Assembly: GCA_026388075.1 (NCBI GenBank)
Contig: JAPLKN010000145.1
Location: 1-61,276 of the forward strand
From: Elusimicrobiota bacterium
Lineage (GTDB): Bacteria > Elusimicrobiota > Endomicrobiia > Endomicrobiales > JAPLKN01
Reading direction: 5' to 3'
Length of the DNA stretch: 61,276 bases
Part shown: piece by piece, positions 43,601-46,600 of the stretch
Position numbering within the stretch: the stretch's first letter is position 1
Layout of the letters: each line of letters starts with the position of its first letter
Program-made: the position numbers and the translations under genes
The notes under the pieces: model-generated
Told to the model about the DNA's origin: nothing
Seen by the model: only the letters and a program-made list of their open reading frames with translations
Database searches by the model: none

Positions 43601-46600
43601 CCGGGAACGAACGGGTTGATATTTGATTCAATTAATATTTCTGCTACAAAACAGCAGCTCGTTGATAAATTATATCGCAAATTACACAGAACAAAGAGAA
43701 TACAAGATATTAAAAGTATGATCATAAACAGTAAATGGATGTTCGCTTATTCAAGTTCAAGCAGGGAGATTTATTACAAGATTTTATCTCTGGCTAAATC
43801 TGTTAAAGACGAACAAATTTCTATATTTATGCCATTAGATTATCAAAAGGATAAAGAGATTATCTCCTTTATAAAAAATAGTGAAGACATGTTGTATTTT
43901 AGTAAGAATATAAAAGATAGCGCCAAAGTTAAAGACATAAGCAAAATAAAATTAATCATAATAAATACAAAAACTTTCGATCTGCATCGTAAGATTATTC
44001 TGGCATTATTGGGAAATAGCGATTTCCCGGTATTTGTATCCGGCAACGTAAGCCTTTCCGAGGCTATTAAGCGCAAAATTCCTTTTATTTACATGAAAAC
44101 AAATTTCCATACGAAAGTTTCTGCTGAAGCTATGAAATATTCTTTTTCGGATATATTGCCTATTGATAAAAGCAAAGTATTAAAAAATTCTTTTGAGATT
44201 ATAGACAACTATCTTGAAGGCAATACAAATACTATACCTGCGGAATTGTTTGTAAGAAAAGACTGGCAGATTTATCTAAAGGAATGGGAAGAACTTGTTT
44301 ATGAAAGGATGAATTTTTTCAAAACTATTCAAGGCATTGTGAATGGTAAAAAGTTAATTGAAATAGACGGATATTTTGAAGACCCGTCATTTTTTAAATT
44401 TGTTGAGTCGGTTAAGGAAGTAAGAGTAGTTTACAGATATAGGTATCTAACAGAATCTTGCGGAATAGCAATATATGATGCGCTTCATCAATTAAAAGAA
44501 GAAGGTTATGACCTTAAAGATGCCTTAAGTTGTATTGACAATCCGGAGCTTAGCAAATATGCGATAGAAATATTGAGCGGGGCAGAAATAGAAAATGAGG
44601 TTGGCGACATTTTGATCAAAATGCTCAGACAATATGTGCATAAATGGAAAGTTGACAGAAAAATGCTGCCGGTTATTAACTCTGTTATTAGTATATTTTC
44701 ATTAGCTACACCTTTTATGCGATCAGATGCTGAGATAATAAAATTGTTAAGGCATCCCAATAATGAAATTAAAAAAGAAGCTTTTAAATACTTAAAAAGT
44801 ATTGGGGATGATGATAGTTTAAAAATAATTCAATCATTGTCAGAAAAGAAAGTATCAAATGAGAAAGCAAGAATAGCAAAAGAAGTTAATGATTATTTTG
44901 AAGGAATATTAAGCGAGTATGATAAGGAACAAATATATTCCATAGATGATTTTATTGAAAATGTTAATCCTCAGCTTCTCATCAGATGGGAGCCTAATCA
45001 AACCAAAAAAGTTACGGAAATATTAGAAAACGAATTAGAAACTATAAATAATAGTGATAAGATAAATAAAATTATCAATTTCAAAGTAAGCAGCGGTTCT
45101 CTTAGAAAGAATAATTGGATGCTTGGTTCCGGTATTGATGAAATTGAAATTGAGTATTTAGGAGAAAAAAATGTTTTGGAAATGAAAATTAAAAGTATGT
45201 TAAATAGATTTTGTGTTTTAATTAAGGAAGAAGGATGGGTATGGAGCAATATTAGGTGGATTCAGAAAAATGCTGATGAGGCGGTTCTTAACGAATTTAG
45301 GAATGATAGAAAAGTTCTGACAATTCAAAAGAAGGAAGATAAAGATAGTAAATGGCTTACCAAGAAAATATTTTATAGAAACAAACTTCTTGATGAATGG
45401 AACAGCTTTGGGAAATCTGTAAAAGAGCTGGTCAAAAAACTTCACATAGCTATGGCGCTAAAAAACTTTAATAACAAACAAATAAAAGTTAATCTAAACC
45501 GGAAGGAAATAGTTTTATTACATTATTTGGAAAGAAAGGGTTTAATATCAATTATCAAAAACAGGATTTTTATTAAATGGTTTTCAAACAGAAGAGGAAC
45601 GAATATTTTATTTAATTATCTAATATTTAATGCCGAAAAGATAAATAAAACCATTCCTGAAGCGCCTATTGATAAAGAAGTTCTTGAGCAGGAAGGAAAA
45701 ATTAACCCTGATAAACCGCAGCTTACCCGGGAAGATGTTTATATTAAATATGGTCAAAAGCACGGCCTAAATCCGGGCTGGTACCTAAGCAGGCCAACTT
45801 TTCCCGAAGAAGAAAAAGTCTGGATTCAGCACAGGCGCGCGGCCGAGCGGATGGCGGGGTGGTATGAATTGCCGCAATTTTTTACCGATCCGATTGGATT
45901 TTTGTTTAGCCACTATATAACCACCAAGTACGAGCGCGCTTGGAACTGGGTATCGTTTAGTATGGTAATTGTTGCCTGGCTTGCAAGTGTAATGGTGCCG
46001 TGGCTTGGGGTGGCAGTATTTTTAGGAAATGTCATTGTTAGAAGTATCGGAAGCTACATAAAATTAAGAAGATACGAAGCTGAGAAGCTGGGAAAATGGG
46101 AAGCTGAGCAAGAAAAAACTAAGTACGAAATAAGAAAAGCAGGCGTAAAAGAGATAACCCAAAAATCAATAATAATAGGGGCAATTGTCGGGACAGTTGC
46201 AGGAACAATTTCTGCATTAGTTATAGGCACTATAACATCCTTCCTCATACCATTCACATTAGTATTCATTGCAGTAGCCGCATACAACTTCATTAAACTT
46301 CACCAGAAATACAATAAAGAAAAAGGCACAGGCACAAAATGGGAAGCGCCGCTGACGGAAGAACAGTGCAAAACACTGGCGGAAAAGGATTATGAACAAA
46401 ATGAGAATTTTAAGGACATGGTTAGACAAGGAAAAGTTGACCGGGGGGCGGTCATCCTTTTTCTGGCGATCAAACACTATATCCGGGGCAAAAAGGTTAC
46501 GGCGAAAGACGGCAGAGAATATACTCTGGTAGCCAAGATGGAACATCCGTGGTCGATTGAAATCTATCTCAAAAACAATGAAGAAACCGAATCCAATAAG

